Origin: an uncultured virus (IMG/VR IMGVR_UViG_3300025603_001562)
Taxonomy: Duplodnaviria > Heunggongvirae > Uroviricota > Caudoviricetes
Virus record (IMG/VR): IMGVR_UViG_3300025603_001562
Strand: one strand, 5' to 3'
Length of the DNA stretch: 64,000 nt
Each line of letters begins with the position of its first letter. The first letter of the stretch is position 1. A program made the position numbers and the translations under genes. Below the pieces are notes generated by a model that was not told where the DNA came from, did not search any database, and saw only the letters and a list, made by a program, of their open reading frames with translations. Shown one piece after another: positions 1 through 10,291 of this stretch.

Positions 1-7
1 TTTTTAT

Positions 8-363
8 AAGACGGAGCGTAAAACCCATTCATCGCGCAGCGTGGATGGGATGAAAGCGACCTTATTCAGCAAATATAACAATTGTTTTTGATAAAGACTT
101 GATGTTTTTGGTTTAAACGCATATATTTGTTATAACAAACTTCGATAACCAAGAGTTTGTTGTTCTTTGACGTGGTATAAGGTTGCTCTGCAAAATCTTG
201 CAGTTTGCATAAAACCAAAAAGTAAAACTGAATTAAAAACATTCACGTCTGGTTGTGGGATGCAGTCGGACGATAATCAAAAACGGGATGAGGCGTTGCT
301 ATTAGGTGAGTCTACGACCCCCGAAGCCCAACCCATCGGCTCTGCCGTGGGTGGGTAGTTCAC
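8..363 (+). mobile_element. Non-autonomous, internally deleted IS200/IS605-family (TnpB-type) element
   Basis: Related subterminal hairpins at 24-49 (CCCATTCATCGC-GCA-GCGTGGATGGG) and 327-355 (CCCAACCCATCGGC-TCT-GCCGTGGGTGGG). The right end finishes ...GGGTAGTTCAC. The short ORF 167-358 ends like a TnpB C-terminal tail (SGCGMQSD..QKRDEA..EAQPIGSAVGG*). No tnpA or intact tnpB is present. The left boundary, after TTTAT, is inferred. Confidence 0.7.
99..129 (+). promoter_or_regulatory. Bacteroidota-type sigma70 promoter inside the mini-IS
   Basis: TTG at 99-101 and TATATTTG (TAnnTTTG -7 element) at 122-129. Confidence 0.45.
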
Positions 364-383
364 ACTATAATATTTTCCAAAAA
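245..383 (+). ncRNA. Putative TnpB omegaRNA (reRNA) scaffold plus flanking guide
   Basis: Covers the TnpB-tail remnant and right-end hairpin. By analogy with TnpB systems, the ~16-20 nt after TCAC (364 onward, ACTATAATATTTTCC) would be the guide. Boundaries are approximate. Confidence 0.45.
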
Positions 384-445
384 TTCAATTCAGTATTATC
401 CAAGATTTGCCCGTGCCGCAAAAAAAACAGCGCATAGCATCATAG

Positions 446-868
446 TCATTTCTTCGGTTTCAGATGTGGGATATAGTGCTCTAGGCATATTTTATCCGCC
501 TTATTCTTTATGCGATTCAACTGCGTGCTGGTGCTGAATGATAGCTTGTTTCTTTCTTTAATTTTTTCATCTAATATCTTGAGAGTGTAAATCAAAGTCC
601 CTCGCTTTATTTCGAACAAAGGCTTTTGATTATGAAACCCTACAAGAACATTTCCAATCAAGTCCTCTATCCTCCAAGACAGTGAGGACGTTCCTTTCTC
701 CATTTTATCGATAGCATCCTGCATTGCTTTAATTTTATCTGTAGCTCTCTCTTCTCTATCAACTTTATGAGCAAGAGATTCTAGTATTTGTGCCTCGTCG
801 TCTTTTCCGTCGTTTCTTAGGCTTTGAGCTTGAGATTTTAAGTTTCTAGACTGTTTTCTTTTACTCAT
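446..868 (-). CDS. Hypothetical protein
   Basis: 140-aa ORF coupled by ATGA overlap to the upstream gene. Confidence 0.7.
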   Translation of the reverse strand: MSKRKQSRNLKSQAQSLRNDGKDDEAQILESLAHKVDREERATDKIKAMQDAIDKMEKGTSSLSWRIEDLIGNVLVGFHNQKPLFEIKRGTLIYTLKILDEKIKERNKLSFSTSTQLNRIKNKADKICLEHYIPHLKPKK

Positions 869-3800
869 GATATTGTGTGTTGATTTGTGGAGGATATTGC
901 CGTTGACGTGGTAAAACTGAAATTGCTTACTCCTGCGTTTTCTGGGAGAGCAGAAAACTCCTTATTAATAAATCCTCTGTCTTTTGTTACCTCAACTATG
1001 TTATCTACACAGTCTTTTACTTCATTTCTATGTGTAATAATTAGAACATTCTTATACTTCGTCCCTAAGTACAAGAGCATGCTCTGAACCTCTGAGATTA
1101 AGTCATCATCAAGGCTTCCAAATCCTTCATCAATCATTATAATTGATGGCTGAGAAACGGCATGATTTGAAATCTCGTGCAAAGCGTTTTTTATAGCCAG
1201 AGACACAATGAATTTTTGAGATGATGACGCCATAGCTCCAAGAGGTAGTGCATCAAATTTATCTTCCATAAAATAGAAGACTTCTGTCACGTCTCCTTTG
1301 TCATCAATCTCTAAATCAACTTTAAACTCAACAATCCCTGATAGGATGTTCTGTATTTTCTCATTGATAGTAGGAAGCTTTGTCTTAATAACCATCGCTG
1401 GTATTCCTTGCCTGTGCACAGCTTGAAGGTACAGACTGTGACGACGATATAAAGTGTCAAATTCGCGTATCTCCTTCAACCTTTCCTCTTTGCCTTCCAC
1501 GTCTCGACTTAAAACCGCAAGTTCACCCGCTAATATTCGTAATTTCAAAACGATAGATGTGATGCTTTGCTTGTATCCCTCAAGCAATTCTTGATTATCA
1601 TCTATCGTTTTTTGAGTTTCTGTGTTAGATTCAATGTTACGCTCATTTTTGTCAAAGTTATCGCACATCACTTTTAGCTCCACAAGCTCTTTGCGCGTCT
1701 TCTCAATAGCATCAGAGAGCTTTGATAGCTCATTTGAGCGGGAATTAATTAACTCGTTCATCGCAACGATGTCTTTGGCTCCTAATAGTTTTTCTCGGTC
1801 TTTAGAGATGTTCTCTAAGAGCATTTCCTTTGCGGCAAGTTTAACTTTTGTTATTTCTAACTCAGAGTTTCTAGTTTCAAAATTCTGGTTATGATTCTTG
1901 CAAACCTCTACTTCTTTAAGTACATTCTTTTTCTCTGTGAGTTCCCGCTCAAGCCTAGTTTTTCGGATATTCTGTTCTGTTTCACCAAAAGGGTTCGGTT
2001 TTTCAGATACATTTCCGCAAGTCGGACACTTCTTGCCTTGGAAAGAGATGATTTTGTTTTGACACTCGATAATATCAGACTGAATCTTTCTAATCGATTC
2101 CTCTGTAGTCGTGGTGTCTTCGATGAATTTTTTTGAGTTCTGTAATATCCAAGTTTCAGACTGCTGCTTAATGGATTCAATATTAGTCTTTTGGGCTCTT
2201 TCTTGCTGCAGTTGATGCTCGACATCTGATAGGTTTTTCTCACCTTCGAATGGGACATCTTTTCGAAGATTGCTGTCCAGCCAAGATTTAAGTTCGGACT
2301 GGCGCTCAATATCTTTATTAAGTAGGTCCTCTGATAGTTCGATTTCATTCTCTAATACGTCTTTGGAGTCAAACTCCATTATCTCCACTCTATGAAGCTT
2401 GCGGGTGTGCTCTAAAATTTTGCTGTTTATGTCAGTTTGTTTTGTTTCGCTTAGAAATTGCTCTTCCTCAAGGCTCTTGATTTGAATATTAAAATCTTGC
2501 TTTTGAATATTTTTCTGAGCTATTTCTTCTTTAATCTCAGGAACTTGCCCAGCATCTTTAAAGTCTCGATTGAGATTGTTTTGTTTTTTATTAACAAAGT
2601 CGTATCTCATCTTAAAGTTAGACAAGTCAAGGTATCTAGCAATTAGAGCATTTTTAGGTTGCTGGCTCAAAGCCAGGTAGTCACTGTCATTGTTTGAAGC
2701 GTGAAGAGCGATTATTGAAAAATCTTCATAATCTCCAATTGCTTTTTTTATCTGTCCTTTAATGTTTGTGTTCTCAGCAACTCCTTCATCTGTTTCTTCG
2801 TCTGTCCACATCCAATCTTGCTCTCCAGTTGGAATTTGGACTTCTTTCCAAATCTCGAACCGAGTTGGGTAAGAATTCCCGCCGTTCCGCTTTTGAACGA
2901 CCTCGCGAGTAATTCTAAACTTCACCCCTTCAATTGAAACGACTACACTCACATATCCTTTGTTGGATTTTGTGTAAATATTTACGAGCTTGGACTTATT
3001 TTTGGTCCCAATAATAACTTCAAACAGACCGAAAACTAAAGCACGAAGAGTGTTTGATTTTCCGCAGTAGTTCTCGCCGAAAATCCCAGTCAACCCTGGC
3101 ATGCTTTCTATTGGAAAATAAACAGCTCTATCGGGAAACGAAAATAAGTTTCGAACTTCCATCGATAGAATATCGAATTTTTTTGATTTGATTTTTTCTT
3201 TGTCAAGTCCAAGTTCTTTTTCAATTGAGTATGCAAATGTAAACAACTCTTGTAGCTCATCGTCTTCCATGTCATGCTCAGTGCGTTTCATGAATTTTTT
3301 AAATCTGCCTTCAAAACTATCTCCACCTTCTAATACTTCACTATCATCGCCCAGGTCTTCTTTTTGCAAAGTCTTCCATTCCACGCGAATACTCTCACAC
3401 TTATATCGGTCCTTTATAAGCTTGGTTATTTGATTGGTACGTTCTTGTGATTTGTTTTCCTCAAAATCTTCGACAGTTACAATTACTTTTGTTTTTCTCT
3501 TGTTATTGGAAAAACTCATGTTCTCTATTCGGTCCTCAACTGACTCTCCACGGGTTACTGTGATTTTTGCAAATCCCCAGTCATTTAAAACTATCTTTCT
3601 TTCGTGGGTTTTAGTTTTAGTATCCCAAATCAGATATCCTTTGTCTATTGATTCTCCATAGCCCTGTTGGATGCAACTTCCACTATAAGCCATTCTGCCA
3701 TCAAAGAAATCTTGGTACTCGTGAAAGTCACCCATCATGGTGATGTCAAAATCTTTGAATATCGATTTTTTCCAGCTGGCCTGGTTTGAATTTTCATGAC

Positions 3801-4341
3801 CATTATCCATGCGAGCACCATAAAGAGCTCCGTGCCACATAGCGATATATGTTTTATCAGCTTCTTTCTGGTCTAACTCCAGCACTTTTTCGTCTCGACA
3901 AGAGAAAATGCCATATGTATGATTTTCGTCGATACTGAAAAATCCAGATAAAGGATAGTAGTAAACGCTGTTTTCCCAAAGATTTATTGAGGATGCATTT
4001 TCTTTTGTGACTTGGTAAGTGGATTTTCCTCCCAAAATCTCTGAAAGCTCGAAAATTGGGCTAATAACATCGCCTTGGCTCTCTTGTTTCATGTTCATAT
4101 CATGATTTCCAGCTATAATATCTACTGGTGCAATCTCAGAAAGTTTTAAGAAAAACTCTGACATCAATATGAACGACTTAGGAGACATGGAGACCTTATT
4201 GTGTAATACGTCCCCAGTTATAGCAATACGGTCTACTTTGTTTGATTTTAGGTCCTCATATAATCTTTCAAAAACCTGACGATATTCAGCGTGTCGAGTT
4301 GAAAATCGAATGTGAATATCTGATAAGTGTGCGATTCGCAT
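865..4341 (-). CDS. Fused Mre11/SbcD nuclease and Rad50/SbcC ATPase (T4 gp47+gp46-like)
   Basis: N-terminal phosphoesterase motifs DIH, GD, GNHD, GDFH. Then Walker A GENYCGKS, coiled coil with zinc hook CPTC, Walker B/D-loop IMIDEGFGSLD and H-switch ITH. Confidence 0.92.
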   Translation of the reverse strand: MRIAHLSDIHIRFSTRHAEYRQVFERLYEDLKSNKVDRIAITGDVLHNKVSMSPKSFILMSEFFLKLSEIAPVDIIAGNHDMNMKQESQGDVISPIFELSEILGGKSTYQVTKENASSINLWENSVYYYPLSGFFSIDENHTYGIFSCRDEKVLELDQKEADKTYIAMWHGALYGARMDNGHENSNQASWKKSIFKDFDITMMGDFHEYQDFFDGRMAYSGSCIQQGYGESIDKGYLIWDTKTKTHERKIVLNDWGFAKITVTRGESVEDRIENMSFSNNKRKTKVIVTVEDFEENKSQERTNQITKLIKDRYKCESIRVEWKTLQKEDLGDDSEVLEGGDSFEGRFKKFMKRTEHDMEDDELQELFTFAYSIEKELGLDKEKIKSKKFDILSMEVRNLFSFPDRAVYFPIESMPGLTGIFGENYCGKSNTLRALVFGLFEVIIGTKNKSKLVNIYTKSNKGYVSVVVSIEGVKFRITREVVQKRNGGNSYPTRFEIWKEVQIPTGEQDWMWTDEETDEGVAENTNIKGQIKKAIGDYEDFSIIALHASNNDSDYLALSQQPKNALIARYLDLSNFKMRYDFVNKKQNNLNRDFKDAGQVPEIKEEIAQKNIQKQDFNIQIKSLEEEQFLSETKQTDINSKILEHTRKLHRVEIMEFDSKDVLENEIELSEDLLNKDIERQSELKSWLDSNLRKDVPFEGEKNLSDVEHQLQQERAQKTNIESIKQQSETWILQNSKKFIEDTTTTEESIRKIQSDIIECQNKIISFQGKKCPTCGNVSEKPNPFGETEQNIRKTRLERELTEKKNVLKEVEVCKNHNQNFETRNSELEITKVKLAAKEMLLENISKDREKLLGAKDIVAMNELINSRSNELSKLSDAIEKTRKELVELKVMCDNFDKNERNIESNTETQKTIDDNQELLEGYKQSITSIVLKLRILAGELAVLSRDVEGKEERLKEIREFDTLYRRHSLYLQAVHRQGIPAMVIKTKLPTINEKIQNILSGIVEFKVDLEIDDKGDVTEVFYFMEDKFDALPLGAMASSSQKFIVSLAIKNALHEISNHAVSQPSIIMIDEGFGSLDDDLISEVQSMLLYLGTKYKNVLIITHRNEVKDCVDNIVEVTKDRGFINKEFSALPENAGVSNFSFTTSTAISSTNQHTIS

Positions 4342-4428
4342 GTTTGATGCTATTGTGTTTAATAGCGAATATAGCGATTATAATTAATAAGTCAGATGTA
4401 AAAAAAGGAAAAGTTTTCAACTATTCAA

Positions 4429-5106
4429 CTATTCAACAAATGATACCTCGACAATTGTGCGACCAGGTTTTTGCTCTAGAATAAGAGCCTCTCCTTTTTC
4501 TATCGCATCCACGAGAATAATGTTTGGATTGTCAAGAGTTATTGAAAATTGTCTAGTGTGGCCCACAATCTGTTTCCAGTCATCAATTCTGTTGATGTTT
4601 AGACTTCTTGGCCTGACCCAAATAGGGCTGGACACAGTTGAATCACCGTGTCTTTGAAAACCAGCGAATGCAAAGTGTGAGATGTGTAGGGAGTTGATTT
4701 TTTTAACAATATCTTTCGTGTCAACTTTATGAATATCGCACCAATCTTTAGTGACTCCTGCATGAGAAATGAGATAGTCATCTATGGAGTGGCACCATTG
4801 CATCAAATCCTTGTTATCCTCTAGAAGTGCTTCAATATTTAAAAATGCTCCAGCTTGAAACCCGCTATACATTCCGCCTATTCCCATATAATGGGCATCA
4901 TGGTTTCCTGTGAGCAAAGTTACGTCGTCTGGTCTTTCTTTTTTGAGAGCGATGATGTCTCTGAAGTTGTCCATCTGCTCCAGAGCTGTAAACTCCTTGC
5001 TGTCGAAGTAATCTCCGACAAATACGATTTTATCAGGATTAACTGATTTGACATGCTTTTTCCAGGATGGTCCTCCGTGTATGTCTCCTAAAATTAGATG
5101 TTTCAT
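4429..5106 (-). CDS. Calcineurin-like metallophosphoesterase
   Basis: Motifs GDIHG, GDYFD, GNHD, SHAG, GHT. Confidence 0.88.
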   Translation of the reverse strand: MKHLILGDIHGGPSWKKHVKSVNPDKIVFVGDYFDSKEFTALEQMDNFRDIIALKKERPDDVTLLTGNHDAHYMGIGGMYSGFQAGAFLNIEALLEDNKDLMQWCHSIDDYLISHAGVTKDWCDIHKVDTKDIVKKINSLHISHFAFAGFQRHGDSTVSSPIWVRPRSLNINRIDDWKQIVGHTRQFSITLDNPNIILVDAIEKGEALILEQKPGRTIVEVSFVE

Positions 5107-5651
5107 TATTCGCTTTTAAGTGCTGCTTGTTTCTCCAAGGTAATCATGTGACACAGAGCGATGGTGTAGCTGTCGCACATATCGAAATTTTCATCCATAA
5201 GCTTCCTTGACTTCGGACCGTATTTCCAATTCAAAAGAGGCTGCAATTTACATACTTCCTCCCACACTTGAGATTTGCTTTCAGAGCCTTTTTTTCCAAA
5301 TTTCACATGCGGGTATGCAGTTTTTCGTGCAGAGTTTACGTTGTAGTATACTGGCTCTATTCCCCAGGTTTTATAGCATACAGCCGAAATCATTCCGTTA
5401 AAGAAATTAAGCAATCCGATTGTTGTAGCAGAAGAGAATTTTCCAGCGAACTTTTTAAGCGGTTCCTCTATAGCAATATATGTCAGTTCCATTTTACTTA
5501 TTTCACTTAAATGCTCCTCGAAGTGTTTTAGCTTTTCAAAAAGAGTTTGTTTTGGACGCATTTTAACGTACCCAATCTTGAGCATGTCTCCATCTTCTGA
5601 AAAAAGTGTGTACCCAATACAGGTGGTTGATATATCTAATCCTAAAATCAT
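5106..5651 (-). CDS. RuvC-like Holliday junction resolvase
   Basis: ILGLDIS, IAIEEP and C-terminal DMCD acidic residues. Confidence 0.8.
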   Translation of the reverse strand: MILGLDISTTCIGYTLFSEDGDMLKIGYVKMRPKQTLFEKLKHFEEHLSEISKMELTYIAIEEPLKKFAGKFSSATTIGLLNFFNGMISAVCYKTWGIEPVYYNVNSARKTAYPHVKFGKKGSESKSQVWEEVCKLQPLLNWKYGPKSRKLMDENFDMCDSYTIALCHMITLEKQAALKSE

Positions 5652-5836
5652 TTTTCTTCTGTATCTTTTTTAAGGTTGTCAACAATCCCAGCCTGTAGAT
5701 AAGTAACATGTTCTAGCATAACTTCCTTTATCGTTTTCTTCTCAGGAGCCGTCAGGGTAAGCCCTTCTGATTTGAGGATACTCAAAAGTGTGGAAATGAT
5801 TGTTATTCTTTCTGCAATTGAAATTGTTCTTATCAT
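5648..5836 (-). CDS. Small hypothetical protein
   Basis: 62-aa ORF with ATGA overlap into the RuvC-like gene. Confidence 0.6.
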   Translation of the reverse strand: MIRTISIAERITIISTLLSILKSEGLTLTAPEKKTIKEVMLEHVTYLQAGIVDNLKKDTEEK

Positions 5837-5846
5837 GTTTAATGAT

Positions 5847-5879
5847 AAAAAAAGCCTTGACGAATATCAAGGCTTTTTT
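5847..5879. terminator. Intrinsic terminator with bidirectional layout
   Basis: A-tract, GCCTTGA-CGAATA-TCAAGGC stem-loop, T-tract; sits at the end of the structural operon. Confidence 0.85.
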
Positions 5880-5896
5880 ATTTGTAGTGTTACTGG

Positions 5897-7009
5897 TTAT
5901 ACGTCCAGTTCCAATGTAAATGTTAATACTCCAGTGTACCCTTTCTCTTTAGCTCTGTCCAGTTTAGCAATAGCTAAAAGCTCTTCCTCTTTGTTGTAGA
6001 GCCCGATTTCGGTTACATAAGTTGAATCAAAGTTGTTTGTTCCAAGAGTGTACTCTTGAAGGTTTTCAGAGAAGTTCCACGTTGGGTTGTTTGTAAAGTG
6101 AAATTCTCCTGGAAGAGCCATGCAAACGACTGATGTTTTAAAACTAATGTTTAAGTCGTAAAACTGAGCAGTACTTCCTGAGCCAAACCAGATATCTGTT
6201 GTTCCAACCCCAGAGTTTGCATATGCGTGTGGGGTTGTTTTTCCAGATGCCCACGGGATTTGATTTACAATCATCGGGTGAGTTAACACCATATATCCTT
6301 TGTCTAGCGCTGCAAACCCAACAGGGACATCATAGTTGTATCCTTGGTTTGTTGTGGTTGGGTAAATTTCAGGTACTGCGGCGGCAAGATTTACTTGGCT
6401 CCAGGGTCTTTGGTCAGAATTAATGTCGATTTGCACCCCATCTGGGTGCAAGTTTTGATATGCTGTTGCCGAAGGTCTGTCAAGATAGCTTGATGTATTC
6501 CAAGTGGTTTGACTCGCTTTGTTAACGCCGTTTCCGTCTGTGGTTCCTGTATAAGGAAGGTTAATTTCATCACAAAACAAAAATGCAATATTCTTACCTA
6601 GAAGGGCGTTTTCGCTCTTCTTCTCCAGTATGTTGTATGTTGACGACACAATTGTTTTAGCGGTCCAATTGGGGTTATCTGCTATTCCATGTTGAGGAAC
6701 TGTAAACGTAATGGAACGTCCATCTATCATCTCACTGTAGAAGCTTCTTGGAATAGGCGCTATTACAATTTTACCGACATTTAGCTGATAAATCTCAGGA
6801 TGTGCGGAAGCCATTGTACTTCCTGATGCTAAATCTGCTGCAATGTGTGGAAGGTTAAATGACACAAAGTAATTAGCTTCTGTAGAAGTCAGCCCAGTCC
6901 TAAAACACGCAGTGTATGTCAGGTCAGACGTAGCAACAGACTTTAGTGATGCAGTCTCACTCTTTGTTGAAATAACACTCTGTATTGGTTTTTGAAAATT
7001 ACTTGGCAT
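5897..7009 (-). CDS. Virion structural protein with C-terminal DUF3751 (tail-collar/fibre)-like half-domain
   Basis: C-terminus YVTEIGLYNKEEELLAIAKL...TFTLELDV, shared with 8153-10261 and 10292-12487. Confidence 0.7.
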   Translation of the reverse strand: MPSNFQKPIQSVISTKSETASLKSVATSDLTYTACFRTGLTSTEANYFVSFNLPHIAADLASGSTMASAHPEIYQLNVGKIVIAPIPRSFYSEMIDGRSITFTVPQHGIADNPNWTAKTIVSSTYNILEKKSENALLGKNIAFLFCDEINLPYTGTTDGNGVNKASQTTWNTSSYLDRPSATAYQNLHPDGVQIDINSDQRPWSQVNLAAAVPEIYPTTTNQGYNYDVPVGFAALDKGYMVLTHPMIVNQIPWASGKTTPHAYANSGVGTTDIWFGSGSTAQFYDLNISFKTSVVCMALPGEFHFTNNPTWNFSENLQEYTLGTNNFDSTYVTEIGLYNKEEELLAIAKLDRAKEKGYTGVLTFTLELDV

Positions 7010-7072
7010 CGTTTATATTATTATTGATGTTGAGATTTTTTTGTTGGATTTTTTTTGACTATGTACCAGTGA

Positions 7073-7624
7073 TTAACCTTGTCCGAGTCCGACACCATCG
7101 CCGCCTTCAGTAGGTCCGCCAGGTCCGCCGCCAATCTGTAAACCAGTATAATTAAACCTTACCTCAAAAGTTAAGGAGTTCTCAGACTGAAGTGTTTGAC
7201 GTCCGTAAGATGTAAAAACAAGCTTCCTGTAACGAATCATACTAGAATTAAGCGCGGCACGACCATTGTTAATCCATGTTTTTATGTCAGCAATCATGCT
7301 ATCTGGCAAAGCAGTTTCATAATCTCTATACCCGTCTGTATATGTTGCGTCTTTTTTAGCAAAAGTCACATATAAAGTCGAATTTGAGATTGAATTCGTG
7401 TCAGTCGGGTCTGGAAAAGTGAGTTTTAAAAAATGAGACCCTTCTCCTGTGCTATCGGTAAGAGGTATAACTTTCTTGTTTCCTGTAGCCAAAGTAGAGA
7501 CAGTAATACCTTGAGCATAAGGCCCAAATATTTTGTGCCCCTCAGAAATAACTGTCTCGTTGTTGGTTGTCGCCAGAGTCACCTTTCGGAAGACTACGTT
7601 TGTTGGGCTTGGATTGTTAGGCAT
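7073..7624 (-). CDS. Hypothetical protein, probably structural; Gly-rich tail
   Basis: 183-aa ORF within the structural operon. Confidence 0.6.
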   Translation of the reverse strand: MPNNPSPTNVVFRKVTLATTNNETVISEGHKIFGPYAQGITVSTLATGNKKVIPLTDSTGEGSHFLKLTFPDPTDTNSISNSTLYVTFAKKDATYTDGYRDYETALPDSMIADIKTWINNGRAALNSSMIRYRKLVFTSYGRQTLQSENSLTFEVRFNYTGLQIGGGPGGPTEGGDGVGLGQG

Positions 7625-7642
7625 TTTTAGTTTTGTTTATTG

Positions 7643-8116
7643 TTATCCTGCGTTTGGCAATTGAGTTCCACCTGTTCCAGTTCCTGTGCCTACACCACCG
7701 CCGTCATCTGTACCTGTTCCACCACTAGTGTCACTTCCATTTGGAAGGTCATTAGAGCCTCCAAGATTAACAGATATATCTAAAACATTGTCGGTCAAGT
7801 TTGTGCCGTAAAGAACATCTTGGGAAACAAGTTGGTCAAAGTTTTCAAAAAATAACTGGTTGCGCTGTTCGTAATTCACAGAAGTCTTTAAACAACCCTC
7901 GCTTTTTCCAGAAATATCTGGGACTTCACCTGAAATTAGTGTAATCGTTGTTTTGTAATTGACGTCGGGGTCTCCTAGGGCAAATGACTTAATCTCAAAG
8001 AGGTCATCTCCGAACGCGTCGAAACGAATATTGCTCTTATTGAAAAGATATTCACGACCTTTGTCGGTCAAATATGCTTTCGCATAAAGTGTGTCTGCTG
8101 ATGCTATGAATCCCAT
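7643..8116 (-). CDS. Virion protein with N-terminal DUF3751-like half-domain
   Basis: AYLTDKGREYL...FALGDPDVNY; GT-rich C-tail; late motif upstream. Confidence 0.65.
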   Translation of the reverse strand: MGFIASADTLYAKAYLTDKGREYLFNKSNIRFDAFGDDLFEIKSFALGDPDVNYKTTITLISGEVPDISGKSEGCLKTSVNYEQRNQLFFENFDQLVSQDVLYGTNLTDNVLDISVNLGGSNDLPNGSDTSGGTGTDDGGGVGTGTGTGGTQLPNAG

Positions 8117-8152
8117 TTTTTTTATTCTCTTTCTAGTAAATAGTTTCTCTTA

Positions 8153-10261
8153 TTAAAAATCTAGCTCTAATTGGAAGGTTAAATACCTTGCCGAGCTTTT
8201 CTTAATATGATAAGTAGGCTTCCCTACAGCCACAAGTAAGCCTTGGTCGTTAAGTATGCCTATTTCGGTTATATATGTGTTTGCGTCTTCTGCCCCATCA
8301 AAACCTCCGTTATTAGAAGCGTTGAACTCGCTGTCTTTTGCTACAATTGTAAACACAGTTTTGTAGGTGGTAGACATTATTTTTGTTTTGATGTTTCCAA
8401 AGAAGAAATCTTCGTTTCCATATGTCATCCCAGTAAGATTTAAATAATCACTGTTGAATGTGAAACCGCTTGAAACCCCATATAAATTATTGCTGGGTCC
8501 AGCAATAAAATTTGGCTGAGTTGTCCCTGATTTTATGTCATCTAGAGAGACAATAAATTGCTGCCCCTGTAAGTATGTTGGGTCGATGGTTGTGTGTGTT
8601 GACTCACCAGAGTAAACTCCATTACCAAACGCTTTAATATCAGAGGCGCCAGACCACTTTCCTGGGTGCAACGCATCCAAGCCTTTGTCTTCATCTTTTC
8701 TAACTTCTTGAACTAAAATCTGAACTTTATTGGCACTCCACCCTGTTCCAGAGTATGTAGTGAACCCTGCTGTGTTCCTTAGGTAGGGGAATGCTTTAGT
8801 TGGAAATGAGCACGTTAAATACTGAGCATATCCGTTTTCGTCAGTAAAGCCTTCAACCTTACTTATATATCCACAATGCATAGCTTGCTTGTAACCGTAG
8901 GAATCTGTTGAGCTGTATGGAGTTTTAGATTGAGTAAAATATGTTACATAGTAGTAATGGTCGCTTCTCAATAGCCCTGACGTATTCATTACTGTAGAAG
9001 GAGACTTTGGTGCAGACTGACTTCCAACAATCAAAGGAGGGAGCGTGTGGTTACGGTCGGTCTTATAAGACATTGCCGTCAATAACTCAGGGTCTGTAAC
9101 TACAATAAGTTTTAGCTTATTATAGATTCTTCCCACAATTAAAGCACTACTTGAAGTCCCATCCTTTAATAGGGTGAATGAGGTTTTCGCTGCTTGGTCA
9201 AAATACACATCGCTTCCTTCGTCTGTAAATCTCTGGCCACTCTCATAAGCTTGTCCTGGGTTAGCACTTTTTCGATGCCACATAATGCTGGGCATGTCAA
9301 CCTGAGTTGTTCCTGGGACTAATTGTTCAGCATATGTATTTCCCGTGTACTTATTAGAGTAGTGAATAAACCCTACTTGTCTCAAGTCATCTTCGAATCC
9401 AAAATATTGTTTTGTGCCACTATACTCTTTGGAGGCAAAAGTAGAATAACTATATCCTGTGTTGGCTCCTATAGCCATTTTTGTTTGACCAATCTCTCTT
9501 GACGTTCTTACAATATTTAAGTTCCAGACTGGACAATTTTCCGTTGCTCCAGAGCCATAGTATGTTTCTACGCCATTCCAAGGATATTCATACCAAGCAA
9601 CGTTTCTTGTGCCTGAAGCAAATATAGGAACAGGCCTGTCTACTCGTATTGAATCAACAGAAGCATCTGCCGTTCTTATCCTATAAAATAAATCCACAAA
9701 CGGGGCAGTACTAATTAATTGCGGTTCTGAGCCTATAGGTGCAGAATACCTTAAAAGCAGGAGATTTCCGCCTCCTAGCATTACTTCGGTTGAGGAGCTC
9801 CACGTAGCTGGTCCACTAATTAACCCTGTTGTTGTTTGTCCGCTCCTGATGTATCTGCTTGGATGCAATATGTAATCATTAACAGTTGCTGAGTCAGCTG
9901 TTGTTGCAGACCAGAATCCGACTGAGCTAGTTTGAGCCGTAGCAATCTGTTTTGTCACGAACACTTTTGACGTTAAATCTAAAGCATTTGTTCCATCAAA
10001 GTTTAATGTCGGAAGGGCAGGTTGGTTATCGTGTGGTTCCATAACCCTGCTTTTGCAGATGTTAAACATCTCTGTGGCTGGAGGATTAAGGTTTGCAAAA
10101 TAAGGTGTATCTGGATATCTTCTATTGAACTCGTAATTGATTTCTCTATCGGAAACCACTGCTTGACTAAAATTTAGCCTACCCAATGCCAATTCCTTTC
10201 GGCCCTTGTTGGTGAGCTTAACACTGATAAATGTGGTTGGTTCTTGTTGCAAAAAAGCCAT
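8153..10261 (-). CDS. Baseplate/tail structural protein (DUF3751-like ends, large insertion), paralogue A
   Basis: N-terminal VKLTNKGRKELALG and C-terminal YITEIGILNDQGLLVAVGK. Confidence 0.72.
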   Translation of the reverse strand: MAFLQQEPTTFISVKLTNKGRKELALGRLNFSQAVVSDREINYEFNRRYPDTPYFANLNPPATEMFNICKSRVMEPHDNQPALPTLNFDGTNALDLTSKVFVTKQIATAQTSSVGFWSATTADSATVNDYILHPSRYIRSGQTTTGLISGPATWSSSTEVMLGGGNLLLLRYSAPIGSEPQLISTAPFVDLFYRIRTADASVDSIRVDRPVPIFASGTRNVAWYEYPWNGVETYYGSGATENCPVWNLNIVRTSREIGQTKMAIGANTGYSYSTFASKEYSGTKQYFGFEDDLRQVGFIHYSNKYTGNTYAEQLVPGTTQVDMPSIMWHRKSANPGQAYESGQRFTDEGSDVYFDQAAKTSFTLLKDGTSSSALIVGRIYNKLKLIVVTDPELLTAMSYKTDRNHTLPPLIVGSQSAPKSPSTVMNTSGLLRSDHYYYVTYFTQSKTPYSSTDSYGYKQAMHCGYISKVEGFTDENGYAQYLTCSFPTKAFPYLRNTAGFTTYSGTGWSANKVQILVQEVRKDEDKGLDALHPGKWSGASDIKAFGNGVYSGESTHTTIDPTYLQGQQFIVSLDDIKSGTTQPNFIAGPSNNLYGVSSGFTFNSDYLNLTGMTYGNEDFFFGNIKTKIMSTTYKTVFTIVAKDSEFNASNNGGFDGAEDANTYITEIGILNDQGLLVAVGKPTYHIKKSSARYLTFQLELDF

Positions 10262-10291
10262 ATGGGAAAGTTTATCTTAAATAGTCTTGGT

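Noticed and set aside
167..358. 63-aa ORF as a functional gene
   Set aside because: It has a TTG start and is better explained as a TnpB remnant inside the mini-IS.
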